The notes under the pieces: generated by a model
Databases searched by the model: none
The model's input: only the letters and a program-made list of their open reading frames with translations
Told to the model about the DNA's origin: nothing
Position numbers and translations under genes: made by a program
Shown here: piece by piece, positions 44,279 to 51,622 of the stretch
Layout: each line of letters begins with the position of its first letter
Numbering within the stretch: position 1 is the stretch's first letter
From: Candidatus Iainarchaeum sp.
GTDB lineage: Archaea > Iainarchaeota > Iainarchaeia > Iainarchaeales > UBA10191
Length of the DNA stretch: 51,622 bases
Assembly: GCA_030649735.1 (NCBI GenBank)
Contig: JAUSFL010000018.1
Coordinates: forward strand, 1-51,622
Reading direction: 5' to 3'

Positions 44279-44734
44279 ATGCTTGATGAAGACAACGTCC
44301 GGCGGAACATGAAACGAATTTCAAAATCCCTGAAAATCAAGGATTTTTCAGCAGTAAATTCTGAACTGTCAGCAAAACGCCTTGCCTGGCTTGAGCAAAA
44401 CAAAGAATTGCTGGAAACCATTGAAGGAAGCAGCGTCAGAAAGGCCTTTGAAATCATACTCTTCAAATACATGAAGCTTGAGCCAAGCGACATTCAAGTG
44501 GTTTTTGAAAATGACAGGAAAATAGTTTGGAACGCGTTTAACGAATGCCCTGTGCTGGAGGCCTGCAAGCGCCTGAATGCAGACACTAGAATTGCGTGCA
44601 AGGAAGGCTGGGAAAAACCAGTGCAGGAAATGGCTTCATTCATCAACCCAAAACTCAAGTTTTCCCGGAATTATGAAACACTCAGGCCTTTTGGGAAATG
44701 CTGCAATGAAACAATAGAACTTGCAAAAAGTTGA
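44279..44734 (+). CDS. Hypothetical protein, ATC-hydrolase/V4R-like Cys pattern
   Basis: CPVLEAC....DTR..C...INPKL.F.RNY..LRP....C.E.I; own TATA-like box upstream. Confidence 0.6.
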   Translation: MLDEDNVRRNMKRISKSLKIKDFSAVNSELSAKRLAWLEQNKELLETIEGSSVRKAFEIILFKYMKLEPSDIQVVFENDRKIVWNAFNECPVLEACKRLNADTRIACKEGWEKPVQEMASFINPKLKFSRNYETLRPFGKCCNETIELAKS

Positions 44735-44760
44735 GTCAAAAAAAAGTTTTGAAGAAGATT

Positions 44761-44913
44761 TCACTCTTCTTCAGCGAACTGTTTTATTGCATCAAAGTTT
44801 TCAACAATCAGCTTGGCTTTTGTCTTGCCAAAAGTGAAAGGATAGCGGTCGTTCTCGTCCTTTCGAATTGTCATTACCTTGTTTCCTTTAAATTCCCCGA
44901 ATTCAATAGCCAT
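44761..44913 (-). CDS. 50-aa small protein, possible PC4-like ssDNA/RNA-binding fold (not in ORF track)
   Basis: Manual translation MAIEFGEFKGNKVMTIRKDENDRYPFTFGKTKAKLIVENFDAIKQFAEEE, preceded by an AGGTG SD. Confidence 0.8.
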   Translation of the reverse strand: MAIEFGEFKGNKVMTIRKDENDRYPFTFGKTKAKLIVENFDAIKQFAEEE

Positions 44914-44965
44914 TTTTTAAACACCTTGAATCAAAATTGCGTGAAAAAAATTAAAAACCAGTCAG

Positions 44966-45412
44966 TCAATAAAAACGCAAGGCTTTCCGAAACACAAGCT
45001 TTGAATCCTGAAAATCAATCATTCTCAGGAATTTTTCCTTCGAAACCCAGCGAAAGCTAGAGTGCTCTGCATCAGGGTTTTTTGAAAGCAGGATTTTTGC
45101 TTTCGGCGAAAGCTCTGCGACAAAAGCGCGGTTTTTGTGATGCCGCAGCCTGACAAAATCCTCGAATTCCTGAAAGAAAGCAAGCTTCTTGAACTTTAGC
45201 AATTGCTTTTTTGAAACTCCAAGCTCTTCTTTAAGCTCCCTGAAAAACGCCTGCTCGCAAGTTTCGTTTTCCTTGCGGCCGCCTTTGGGAAACTCCCAGC
45301 CTTTCCAGTGCAAAACGCGGTGCAAGAGCAAAAACTCTGTTTTTTTCCCTCGCTTCCTGAAAACAACAGCGCAAATTCCCTTCCTGGCTTTCAATTTAAC
45401 CACAACGCTCAA
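44966..45412 (-). CDS. NUDIX hydrolase
   Basis: WEFPKGGRKENETCEQAFFRELKEELG Nudix box; EH..FRW. Confidence 0.92.
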   Translation of the reverse strand: MSVVVKLKARKGICAVVFRKRGKKTEFLLLHRVLHWKGWEFPKGGRKENETCEQAFFRELKEELGVSKKQLLKFKKLAFFQEFEDFVRLRHHKNRAFVAELSPKAKILLSKNPDAEHSSFRWVSKEKFLRMIDFQDSKLVFRKALRFY

Positions 45413-45457
45413 CGCAATTTATTTATTCATTGAAGGTTAATAATATTGAGTGGTAAA

Positions 45458-46423
45458 ATGAGAAGAACGCAGGCAAGAGTCAGGCTTTTCAAGCGAGAGG
45501 CAAAAAAAAGCATTATTAAGATTGGGCGAAAGGCAATTCCAATGGCCATGGGCTTGACAATGCTTGCAAACACTGCCGGCGCGCCAAACGTCGTTAGAAA
45601 TCCGGCAATGCCTAAAAGGCTCATTCAGGCTGCAATGCCTAAAGCAGTGGAAAGCTTGAAACAGCAAGTTGGAAGAAGGCTTGTTGGAAAAGACTGGAAA
45701 GAACTGGCGAGAAAGGCTTTGGAGAAAAAGCAGCGGCTTAAAATGAAAACAGCCCCAAAGAACTGGAAAATAAAGTTCGCAACCCCAATAGAAAATGACG
45801 TCATGAAAATGCTTGAAAGACTGAACTCCAATGAAAGAATTCATTCTCAAATAGTCAAGAATTGCGAGCAATTCAAGATGGACTCGACTTTCATGAAGTC
45901 TGTCTTTTTGAAGGAAAGCAGCGGAAATCCTGAAGACAGTTCGCGCAGCGGTTCTGGGCTTGGCGGTTTGACAAACGCTTCAGTCCAAGAATTAAAAAAA
46001 AGATTCCACATAACTATTACAGACCGCTTGGATGAAGGGCAAAACATCATGGGAGTGACTCGCATGAACGCATATTATTCGGGCATTGTGAAAGACAGTT
46101 TCTTTTACCACGGTGGAAAGCTAAAGCCATTCAGGGAATTGCCAAAAGACACTCAAGTAACCTTGCAGTATGCGGCTTGGCGGCAGGGAATAAACAAGGT
46201 AGTTAGAACAAGAAAAATATTCAACAAAGACTATCAGGCAGTTGTGGAAATGCAAGTTGGAGATGTTAAGCGAATAATCAGGCAAAAATCTCCTGAAACA
46301 AGGTTTCTTGCAATTTACAAGCAAGTTGACGAATTAGAGAAAGCAAGGGAAGCGCGAATTGCAAAACCAATTGAAAGAAAAGGTTTAAATCAACCAAAGC
46401 GTGTTTCTTTACGATACCAATGA
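45458..46423 (+). CDS. Lytic transglycosylase (SLT)-like protein with basic N-terminus and signal-like segment (ORF track start GTG 45446)
   Basis: I...C.Q...D..F..SV...ESSGNP...S..G.GL..L...D...NI.G...Y...AAW..G follows the SLT motif order. Confidence 0.6.
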   Translation: MRRTQARVRLFKREAKKSIIKIGRKAIPMAMGLTMLANTAGAPNVVRNPAMPKRLIQAAMPKAVESLKQQVGRRLVGKDWKELARKALEKKQRLKMKTAPKNWKIKFATPIENDVMKMLERLNSNERIHSQIVKNCEQFKMDSTFMKSVFLKESSGNPEDSSRSGSGLGGLTNASVQELKKRFHITITDRLDEGQNIMGVTRMNAYYSGIVKDSFFYHGGKLKPFRELPKDTQVTLQYAAWRQGINKVVRTRKIFNKDYQAVVEMQVGDVKRIIRQKSPETRFLAIYKQVDELEKAREARIAKPIERKGLNQPKRVSLRYQ

Positions 46424-46944
46424 TTGAAATGCGCATTCATGGAAGGGGCGGGCAAGGCGTGCAGAAAAGCGCGCAAATCTTAAGCCGCGCGGCATTCTTG
46501 AAAGGATTCGAAACCCAAGACTTCAGCATTTACGGGGCAGAAAGGCAAGGCGCTCCATTGACCAGTTTTGTAAGGCTTGAAAGGCTTTGCGTGCCAACCC
46601 GCGGGTATGTTTTCGAGCCTGACGTCATTGTAATACTTGACGATTCAATACCCAGGGAAAAAACCCTTGCGGGAAAGAAAGAAAGCACCAAAGTTTTCAT
46701 CAACACCCAGGACAAAGTTTCAGGAAAAGAATTTTATGCCTTGGACGCGACTGGAATTGCCTTAAACGAGACTGGAAAGGCAATTGCAAACACCGCGCTT
46801 CTTGGAGCATTGGCAAAAAAACTTCCGGAATTCATCACTTGGGAAAACTTGGAAAAAGCAATCAAGATAGAACTGGCAAAATACGCTCCGGAAGTCATTG
46901 AAAAGAACGTGAACGCTGCAAAAAAATGCTTTGAGATGGTTTAA
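46420..46944 (+). CDS. porG: 2-oxoacid:ferredoxin oxidoreductase gamma
   Basis: EMRIHGRGGQG, YGAERQGAP, NTALLGA. Confidence 0.93.
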   Translation: MIEMRIHGRGGQGVQKSAQILSRAAFLKGFETQDFSIYGAERQGAPLTSFVRLERLCVPTRGYVFEPDVIVILDDSIPREKTLAGKKESTKVFINTQDKVSGKEFYALDATGIALNETGKAIANTALLGALAKKLPEFITWENLEKAIKIELAKYAPEVIEKNVNAAKKCFEMV

Positions 46945-47288
46945 TGAACAAAAAACTAATAATGCAAGAAAAATTGAAAAGCAAGGGCGTTGAAGGAATT
47001 CCCGCAAGCATTCAAGGAAAGGGAAAAACCCCGGACACTGGAAGCTGGAAGACATTCAGGCCAGTAATTGATTATTCAAGATGCATTAAATGCCACTTGT
47101 GCTGGATTCACTGCCCGGACACTGCAATTAAAATCCGTTCAGACAGCTATCCATTTTCATTCTATATTGAATGCAAGGGCTGCGGGGCATGCGCTGAAGT
47201 CTGCCCTGTAAAATGCATTGAAATGCAAAGAAACCGCAATGACAAAATTGAAAGAAGCGATTTATTGCAGTTCAAGAAGGAAGTTTGA
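46944..47288 (+). CDS. porD: 2-oxoacid:ferredoxin oxidoreductase delta
   Basis: TGSWKTFRP, CIKCHLCWIHCPD, CKGCGACAEVCP. Confidence 0.93.
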   Translation: MNKKLIMQEKLKSKGVEGIPASIQGKGKTPDTGSWKTFRPVIDYSRCIKCHLCWIHCPDTAIKIRSDSYPFSFYIECKGCGACAEVCPVKCIEMQRNRNDKIERSDLLQFKKEV

Positions 47289-47297
47289 GTTGAGATA

Positions 47298-48503
47298 ATG
47301 AAAAAGCAAAACAAAAAGCCGGCAAAAAAGTTCAAGCTTTCAAAAAAGCGCGAGCTTGAATTGAAAAGCCGCGAATTGATTGACGGAAACTCTGCCTGCG
47401 CTTTTGCAGTAAAACTCTGCCATGTTGAAAGCATTCCAGCATTCCCAATAACGCCGCAAACAGAGCTGATGGAAAAGCTTGCTTTATGGATTTCCACTGG
47501 AGAATTGGATTCTTACTTGAACGTGATGGAAAGCGAGCATTCTGTCCTGTCAGCGGCAGTCGGAAGCGAAATGACAGGAGTCAGGACTTTTGTAAGCTCT
47601 GGAAGCCAGGGATTAATGCTGATGCACGAGATTTTGCCAATTGCTTCAGGAACCAGAATGCCAATCGTGATGATTTGCGGCTCGCGCGCTTTGTCCGCGC
47701 CAATCGCGTTATGGCCGGACCATAATGACTTTTTGAGCTGCAGGGATTTTGGATGGCTGATGATGGCTGCTGAAATAAACCAGGAGCTTTTGGATTTCAT
47801 TTGCATTGCATACAGGGTTGCAGAAAGCAAGAACGTGCTATTGCCCGCCTTGATTGAAATGGACGGCTTTATTCTTTCAGAAACGCGAGAGCCAGTGGAA
47901 ATTCCAAGGCAGGAAATCGTTGACAGGTTTTTGCCAGAATTAAAGCTTGAAACAATGCTTGATGTTGAAAAGCCAATGACTTTGGGAACTCCAGTACTGG
48001 AAGACTACCAGAATTTCAAGGAGCAAATGCAGGCAGCGCAAAACAATGCATTAAAGGAATTTGAGAAAGCATTCAAGGAATGGAAAATCCTTACTGGAAG
48101 AAAGTATGATTTTGTGGAAAAAGTCTGGATGGAAAATGCGGAAATTGCCATTGTAATGATGGGCGCCAATGCTACAATCGCAAAGGCGGCAGTGCGAAAA
48201 ATGCGCAGTGAAGGAAAAAAAGTCGGGCTAGTAAAATTGAGGATTTTAAGGCCATGGCCTGAAAAAAGCATTATGCAAGCCTTGAAGAAATGCAAAAAAA
48301 TTGCTGTTGTTGACCAAAACATCAGCTTGGGAAAGAACGGAATAATATACAATGAAATTTGCGAAACATTGAAGGACGAGGGAAAAATCCTGAGCAATTA
48401 CATTGCGGGCCTTGGCGGAAAGCACTTGAGCATTCAAGACTTCGAGCAAATTTTAGCTGATTTGGAAAAGTCAAAGAAGAGTGAAAAAAAATGGTTGAGC
48501 TAG
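47298..48503 (+). CDS. porA: 2-oxoacid:ferredoxin oxidoreductase alpha
   Basis: GN.A.A, FPITPQT, ESEHS, SQGL.LMHE, DGF.LS, RPWP, GLGG. Confidence 0.93.
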   Translation: MKKQNKKPAKKFKLSKKRELELKSRELIDGNSACAFAVKLCHVESIPAFPITPQTELMEKLALWISTGELDSYLNVMESEHSVLSAAVGSEMTGVRTFVSSGSQGLMLMHEILPIASGTRMPIVMICGSRALSAPIALWPDHNDFLSCRDFGWLMMAAEINQELLDFICIAYRVAESKNVLLPALIEMDGFILSETREPVEIPRQEIVDRFLPELKLETMLDVEKPMTLGTPVLEDYQNFKEQMQAAQNNALKEFEKAFKEWKILTGRKYDFVEKVWMENAEIAIVMMGANATIAKAAVRKMRSEGKKVGLVKLRILRPWPEKSIMQALKKCKKIAVVDQNISLGKNGIIYNEICETLKDEGKILSNYIAGLGGKHLSIQDFEQILADLEKSKKSEKKWLS

Positions 48504-49453
48504 AGCAAGAGTCAAGGCAGAAGATTTCCGGAAGCCTGGGGCAAAAGCCGGTCCAGACAATAAAAGACATTGACACTGAAGACTACATCAAGGCGGGGAC
48601 TTTCGCGTGCTCTGGTTGTCAGCCGGTCTTGGGAATAAAGCTCGCGCTAAAGGCGCTTGGGAAAAACACTATAATGGTGAACAGTTCAGGCTGCATGACA
48701 TTGACTGCAACTTATCCTTTCACGCCTTACAAAATCCCTTGGGTGCATAATGCAATAGAAAACGCTGACTCAACAGCTTCAGGAATTTTCATGGGCCTAA
48801 AGCGCAAAGGATTGGAAAAAAAAGTCAACATCCTGGTTTATGCGGGGGACGGGGCAACTTACGACATTGGATTCCAGGCGCTTTCAGGAATGTTCGACAG
48901 GTTTGAGAACGTAATTCACGTTTGCTACAATAACGAGATTTTTGCAAACACTGGCTATCAAAGGTCTGCCGCAACCCCGCTTTTCGCGCGCACTACAACA
49001 ACGCCGATTGAGAAAAAATCCCGCGGAAACTTGATTCCAAGAAAGCACATGGCAAAAATAATGATGGCGCACGACTCGCCTTACGTTGCGACTGCCTGCA
49101 CGTCATACCCTTTGGATTTCATGAAAAAAGTGCAAAAGGCCTCCACAATTTACGGCCCCAAATACATTGAGCTTTTGGCGCCTTGCATTCCGGGCTGGAT
49201 TTTAAGCACAGAGCAGGGAAGAAAGTCAGGCGAGCTTTCAGTCCAAAGCGGCCTTTGGCCATTGTATGAACTAGAGAATGGAAAGTTTTCTGTCTCAATG
49301 CAGCCAAAAATGATTCCAGTGAAAGAAGCCCTGAAAATGCAGGGGAGATACGCGCACTTGAATGATGAGGAAATTGACGAAATCCAGGAAATGGTAAACA
49401 AGGAATGGGAATCCTACAACAAAGGAGAATTCTGGACAGTCCACGAGTATTAA
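48491..49453 (+). CDS. porB: 2-oxoacid:ferredoxin oxidoreductase beta
   Basis: ACSGC, SGC, GDGATYDIGFQALSG, YNNE..NTG.QRS, PC..GW. Confidence 0.93.
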   Translation: MVELEQESRQKISGSLGQKPVQTIKDIDTEDYIKAGTFACSGCQPVLGIKLALKALGKNTIMVNSSGCMTLTATYPFTPYKIPWVHNAIENADSTASGIFMGLKRKGLEKKVNILVYAGDGATYDIGFQALSGMFDRFENVIHVCYNNEIFANTGYQRSAATPLFARTTTTPIEKKSRGNLIPRKHMAKIMMAHDSPYVATACTSYPLDFMKKVQKASTIYGPKYIELLAPCIPGWILSTEQGRKSGELSVQSGLWPLYELENGKFSVSMQPKMIPVKEALKMQGRYAHLNDEEIDEIQEMVNKEWESYNKGEFWTVHEY

Positions 49454-49504
49454 TTTTTTGAGAGGAAGTGGGAAAAAATAGTAACTGTAATATTAGGCTA
49501 TGAT

Positions 49505-49717
49505 TTGCTGTTCTGGGCAGCTGTTGCCTTAACCATTGCATTCTTTGTGGACTTGATGACCTGCTGGTGGTATAACAGCCTTAATTGGGGCCCGTTAAAA
49601 AAGTTCAGGACTAGCCTGGTTAAGTACCACAAATACACGAGAAAAATTTTGATATTTCTTGTAATTGTCCACATTGTTTTGCACGTTTTATTCCAAGTTT
49701 ATGGAATTGCGGTTTGA
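49505..49717 (+). CDS. Small two-TM membrane protein with His residues
   Basis: Two hydrophobic segments; YH...VH...H pattern; start uncertain. Confidence 0.6.
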   Translation: MLFWAAVALTIAFFVDLMTCWWYNSLNWGPLKKFRTSLVKYHKYTRKILIFLVIVHIVLHVLFQVYGIAV

Positions 49718-49816
49718 GCAGGCAAGAATGCACAGTCACTGGATTTTGCAAAACTCTGGGAGAAAATCAAAGAAATAACTAATTTTAAGGCATTTTGCAA
49801 GGTATTTTTCGGCAAA

Positions 49817-49900
49817 TTATATAAACTCAAAGTGCATAATTATGACAAGAAAAAACACTTATTAGACAATCAACGAATTTAAGATTGTTGATTGGCTAAT
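49817..49900 (+). promoter_or_regulatory. TATA box plus 5'-leader hairpin upstream of acdA
   Basis: TTATATAA at 49817-49824; imperfect inverted repeat ATTAGaCAATCAAC...GTTGATTGgCTAAT at 49861-49900. Confidence 0.55.
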
Positions 49901-49927
49901 GCGGTTTTTGAAAATTAGGAAGCAAAA

Positions 49928-51436
49928 ATGGCTCAAAAAATCCACACTCTAGAACCTTTCTTTTCGCCAAAAAGCATTGCAATAATTGGAGCCTCTGCAA
50001 AAGAAGGCAAAATAGGCAATGTAATTTTTTCAAACTTCGTGCGCTCTTTCAGGGGAAAAATATATCCAATAAACCAGCATGAAGAGCAAATTTTTGGAGT
50101 CAAATGCTTCAAAAGCATTAAGGAAATAAAGGAAGAAATTGACGCGGCAGTAATCGCAATTCCCGCCTTGGCAGTCCCGAAAGCGCTTGCAGAATGCGGG
50201 CAAAAAAAAGTCAAGGCAGTGACAATAATTTCCGCGGGCTTTAAAGAAATCGGGAACGAAAAGCTTGAAGCAGAGCTTGAAAAAGTCATGAAGCAATACA
50301 CGCAAACAAAAGTCATCGGGCCAAACTGCCTTGGAGTTTTTGACTCAAAATCAGGAGTGGACATGCTCTTCCTGCCAAATGAAAGGCTTGGAAGGCCAAA
50401 GCAGGGAACAACAAGCTTTATCTCACAGTCCGGCGCCTTGGGCTCAGCAATCCTTGACTGGGACGCAATGAAAGGCTATGGCATTAACAAATTCATAAGC
50501 TATGGAAACGCCGCAGAAATCAGCGAAACAGAATTGCTTGATTATTTAGGGCAGGACGAAAGCACTAAAGTAATAGTCGCTTATTTTGAAGGCATTCATA
50601 ACGGAAAAAAATTCTTTGAAACACTAAAGCGCATTTGCGAAACAAAGCCAGTCATTGTATTAAAGGGCGGAATTAGCGAAAAAGGCGCTCTCGCGGTAAA
50701 ATCGCACACTGCCTCAATGGCAGGCAATCATGAAGTGTTTTTGGCAGCACTAAAGCAATGCAATGCAATAATCGCGGAAAGCATGGAAGAAGTGTTTGAC
50801 TTTGCGCGCGTCCTAACCACAGAGCCGGCCCCAAAAGGCAAAAGAGTGCAGATAATAACTGACGGCGGCGGCTATGGAGTGCTTGCAACAGACGCGCTTT
50901 CAAAAGAAGGAATGGAATTTGCTGAAATGAGCGAGGCGCGCAAGGAAACAATCCGAAAAGCATGCCCGAATTATGCGGTAGTGAAAAACCCAATAGACCT
51001 GACTGGAGACGCCAATAACGAAAGATACAAGATTGCGGTAGAACAGGCAATGCAGGACGAAAATGTAGACGCAATACTCACAATTTTATTATTCCAGCTT
51101 CCAAGCCTGGATGAGAAAATAGTTGAAGATATGCAAAAAATTTCCGCCACTAAAACAAAGCCAATGCTTTTCATTTCAGCAGGCGGAATCTTTTCAGAAA
51201 AGCAAAGGCAAAGAATGGAAGCTGGCGGAGACAGCACTTTCCAAAGCCCTTTTGACGCGGCAAAAGCACTCAAGACGCTAGTGCAGTACTACTCAATCAA
51301 AGAAGCAAGGAAAAAAGCAGTTGAAAAGCCGGCCACGCAAAAAAACCCTGAAAAAGCAAAGCCAGAAAAGCCCGCAAAAGCGCACACTGCAAAAAAGCCA
51401 AAAGCAAAGCCTGCAAAAAAATCAAAGAAGAAATAA
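49928..51436 (+). CDS. acdA: ADP-forming acyl-CoA synthetase alpha subunit with Lys/Pro/Ala tail
   Basis: PKSIAIIGAS, ISAGFKE, IGPNCLG, SQSGALG, SHTASMAG (phospho-His), NPIDLTGDA. Confidence 0.93.
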   Translation: MAQKIHTLEPFFSPKSIAIIGASAKEGKIGNVIFSNFVRSFRGKIYPINQHEEQIFGVKCFKSIKEIKEEIDAAVIAIPALAVPKALAECGQKKVKAVTIISAGFKEIGNEKLEAELEKVMKQYTQTKVIGPNCLGVFDSKSGVDMLFLPNERLGRPKQGTTSFISQSGALGSAILDWDAMKGYGINKFISYGNAAEISETELLDYLGQDESTKVIVAYFEGIHNGKKFFETLKRICETKPVIVLKGGISEKGALAVKSHTASMAGNHEVFLAALKQCNAIIAESMEEVFDFARVLTTEPAPKGKRVQIITDGGGYGVLATDALSKEGMEFAEMSEARKETIRKACPNYAVVKNPIDLTGDANNERYKIAVEQAMQDENVDAILTILLFQLPSLDEKIVEDMQKISATKTKPMLFISAGGIFSEKQRQRMEAGGDSTFQSPFDAAKALKTLVQYYSIKEARKKAVEKPATQKNPEKAKPEKPAKAHTAKKPKAKPAKKSKKK

Positions 51437-51439
51437 AAC

Positions 51440-51622
51440 ATGAAGAAGAGAATTTCCCCCACAACAGCAATTCTAATCTCAATCATTCTTCTTATTGCAA
51501 TAATCGGGTTTTCAATTTTTTTGTATAATATCCTTGGCAAAATAGTATACTTTTTCGCAATGCTAATAATAACCCTAATTCTCTCAATAGCAACAATTAG
51601 CAAATTCGAAAATAAAGCCACA
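51440..51622 (+). CDS. Membrane protein, 3'-truncated by the window
   Basis: ATG 51440: MKKRISPTTAILISIILLIAIIGFSIFLYNILGKIVYFFAMLIITLILSIA..., open to the window end. Confidence 0.6.
   Translation, partial: MKKRISPTTAILISIILLIAIIGFSIFLYNILGKIVYFFAMLIITLILSIATISKFENKAT

Noticed and set aside
44731-45060. 109-aa plus-strand ORF
   Set aside because: It overlaps the NUDIX gene and the better supported 50-aa minus-strand gene; no recognisable features.

Overview
Gene-dense archaeal chromosomal segment. The gene set, compact spacing and many orphans suggest a DPANN lineage, possibly Iainarchaeota/Diapherotrites (inference only). The conserved backbone comprises: a PadR-DUF2061-iscS-iscU-DUF1699 Fe-S operon; the exosome/proteasome superoperon (rpl15e, rpp30, pop5, psmA, SBDS, rrp4/41/42, rpl37ae, rpoP, pfdB, DHH); ttuA/ncs6; tRNA-Val(GAC) and tRNA-Ala(GGC); Lsm; a MinD/roadblock-like/DUF2226/NYN cluster; two Cys-rich surface proteins (one a 1487-aa vWA adhesin); aIF5A; a bacterial-type MetRS; MCM; presenilin; the aIF2beta-DUF424-aIF1A-RIO1-Dim2-topoVI operon; porGDAB; and acdA. 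Three LAGLIDADG inteins are present: two in MCM and one in IscU, sitting directly before an Fe-S ligand cysteine. Most notable observations: (i) the IscU intein, in an operon led by a 4-Cys PadR regulator; (ii) orphan genes with very basic N-termini slotted singly into conserved operons, three with effector-like enzyme folds (twin-arginine JAB/MPN protease-like, pentein/amidinotransferase, lytic transglycosylase-like); (iii) an apparent ACG start codon for DUF424 between two initiation-factor genes; (iv) a Bro-N cassette bounded by a degenerate 25-bp duplication of the mcm 3' end; (v) two real small genes missing from the ORF track (rpoP and a 50-aa protein). No CRISPR array, rRNA, integrase or transposase was seen. 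All family calls come from motif recognition by eye, not database searches.
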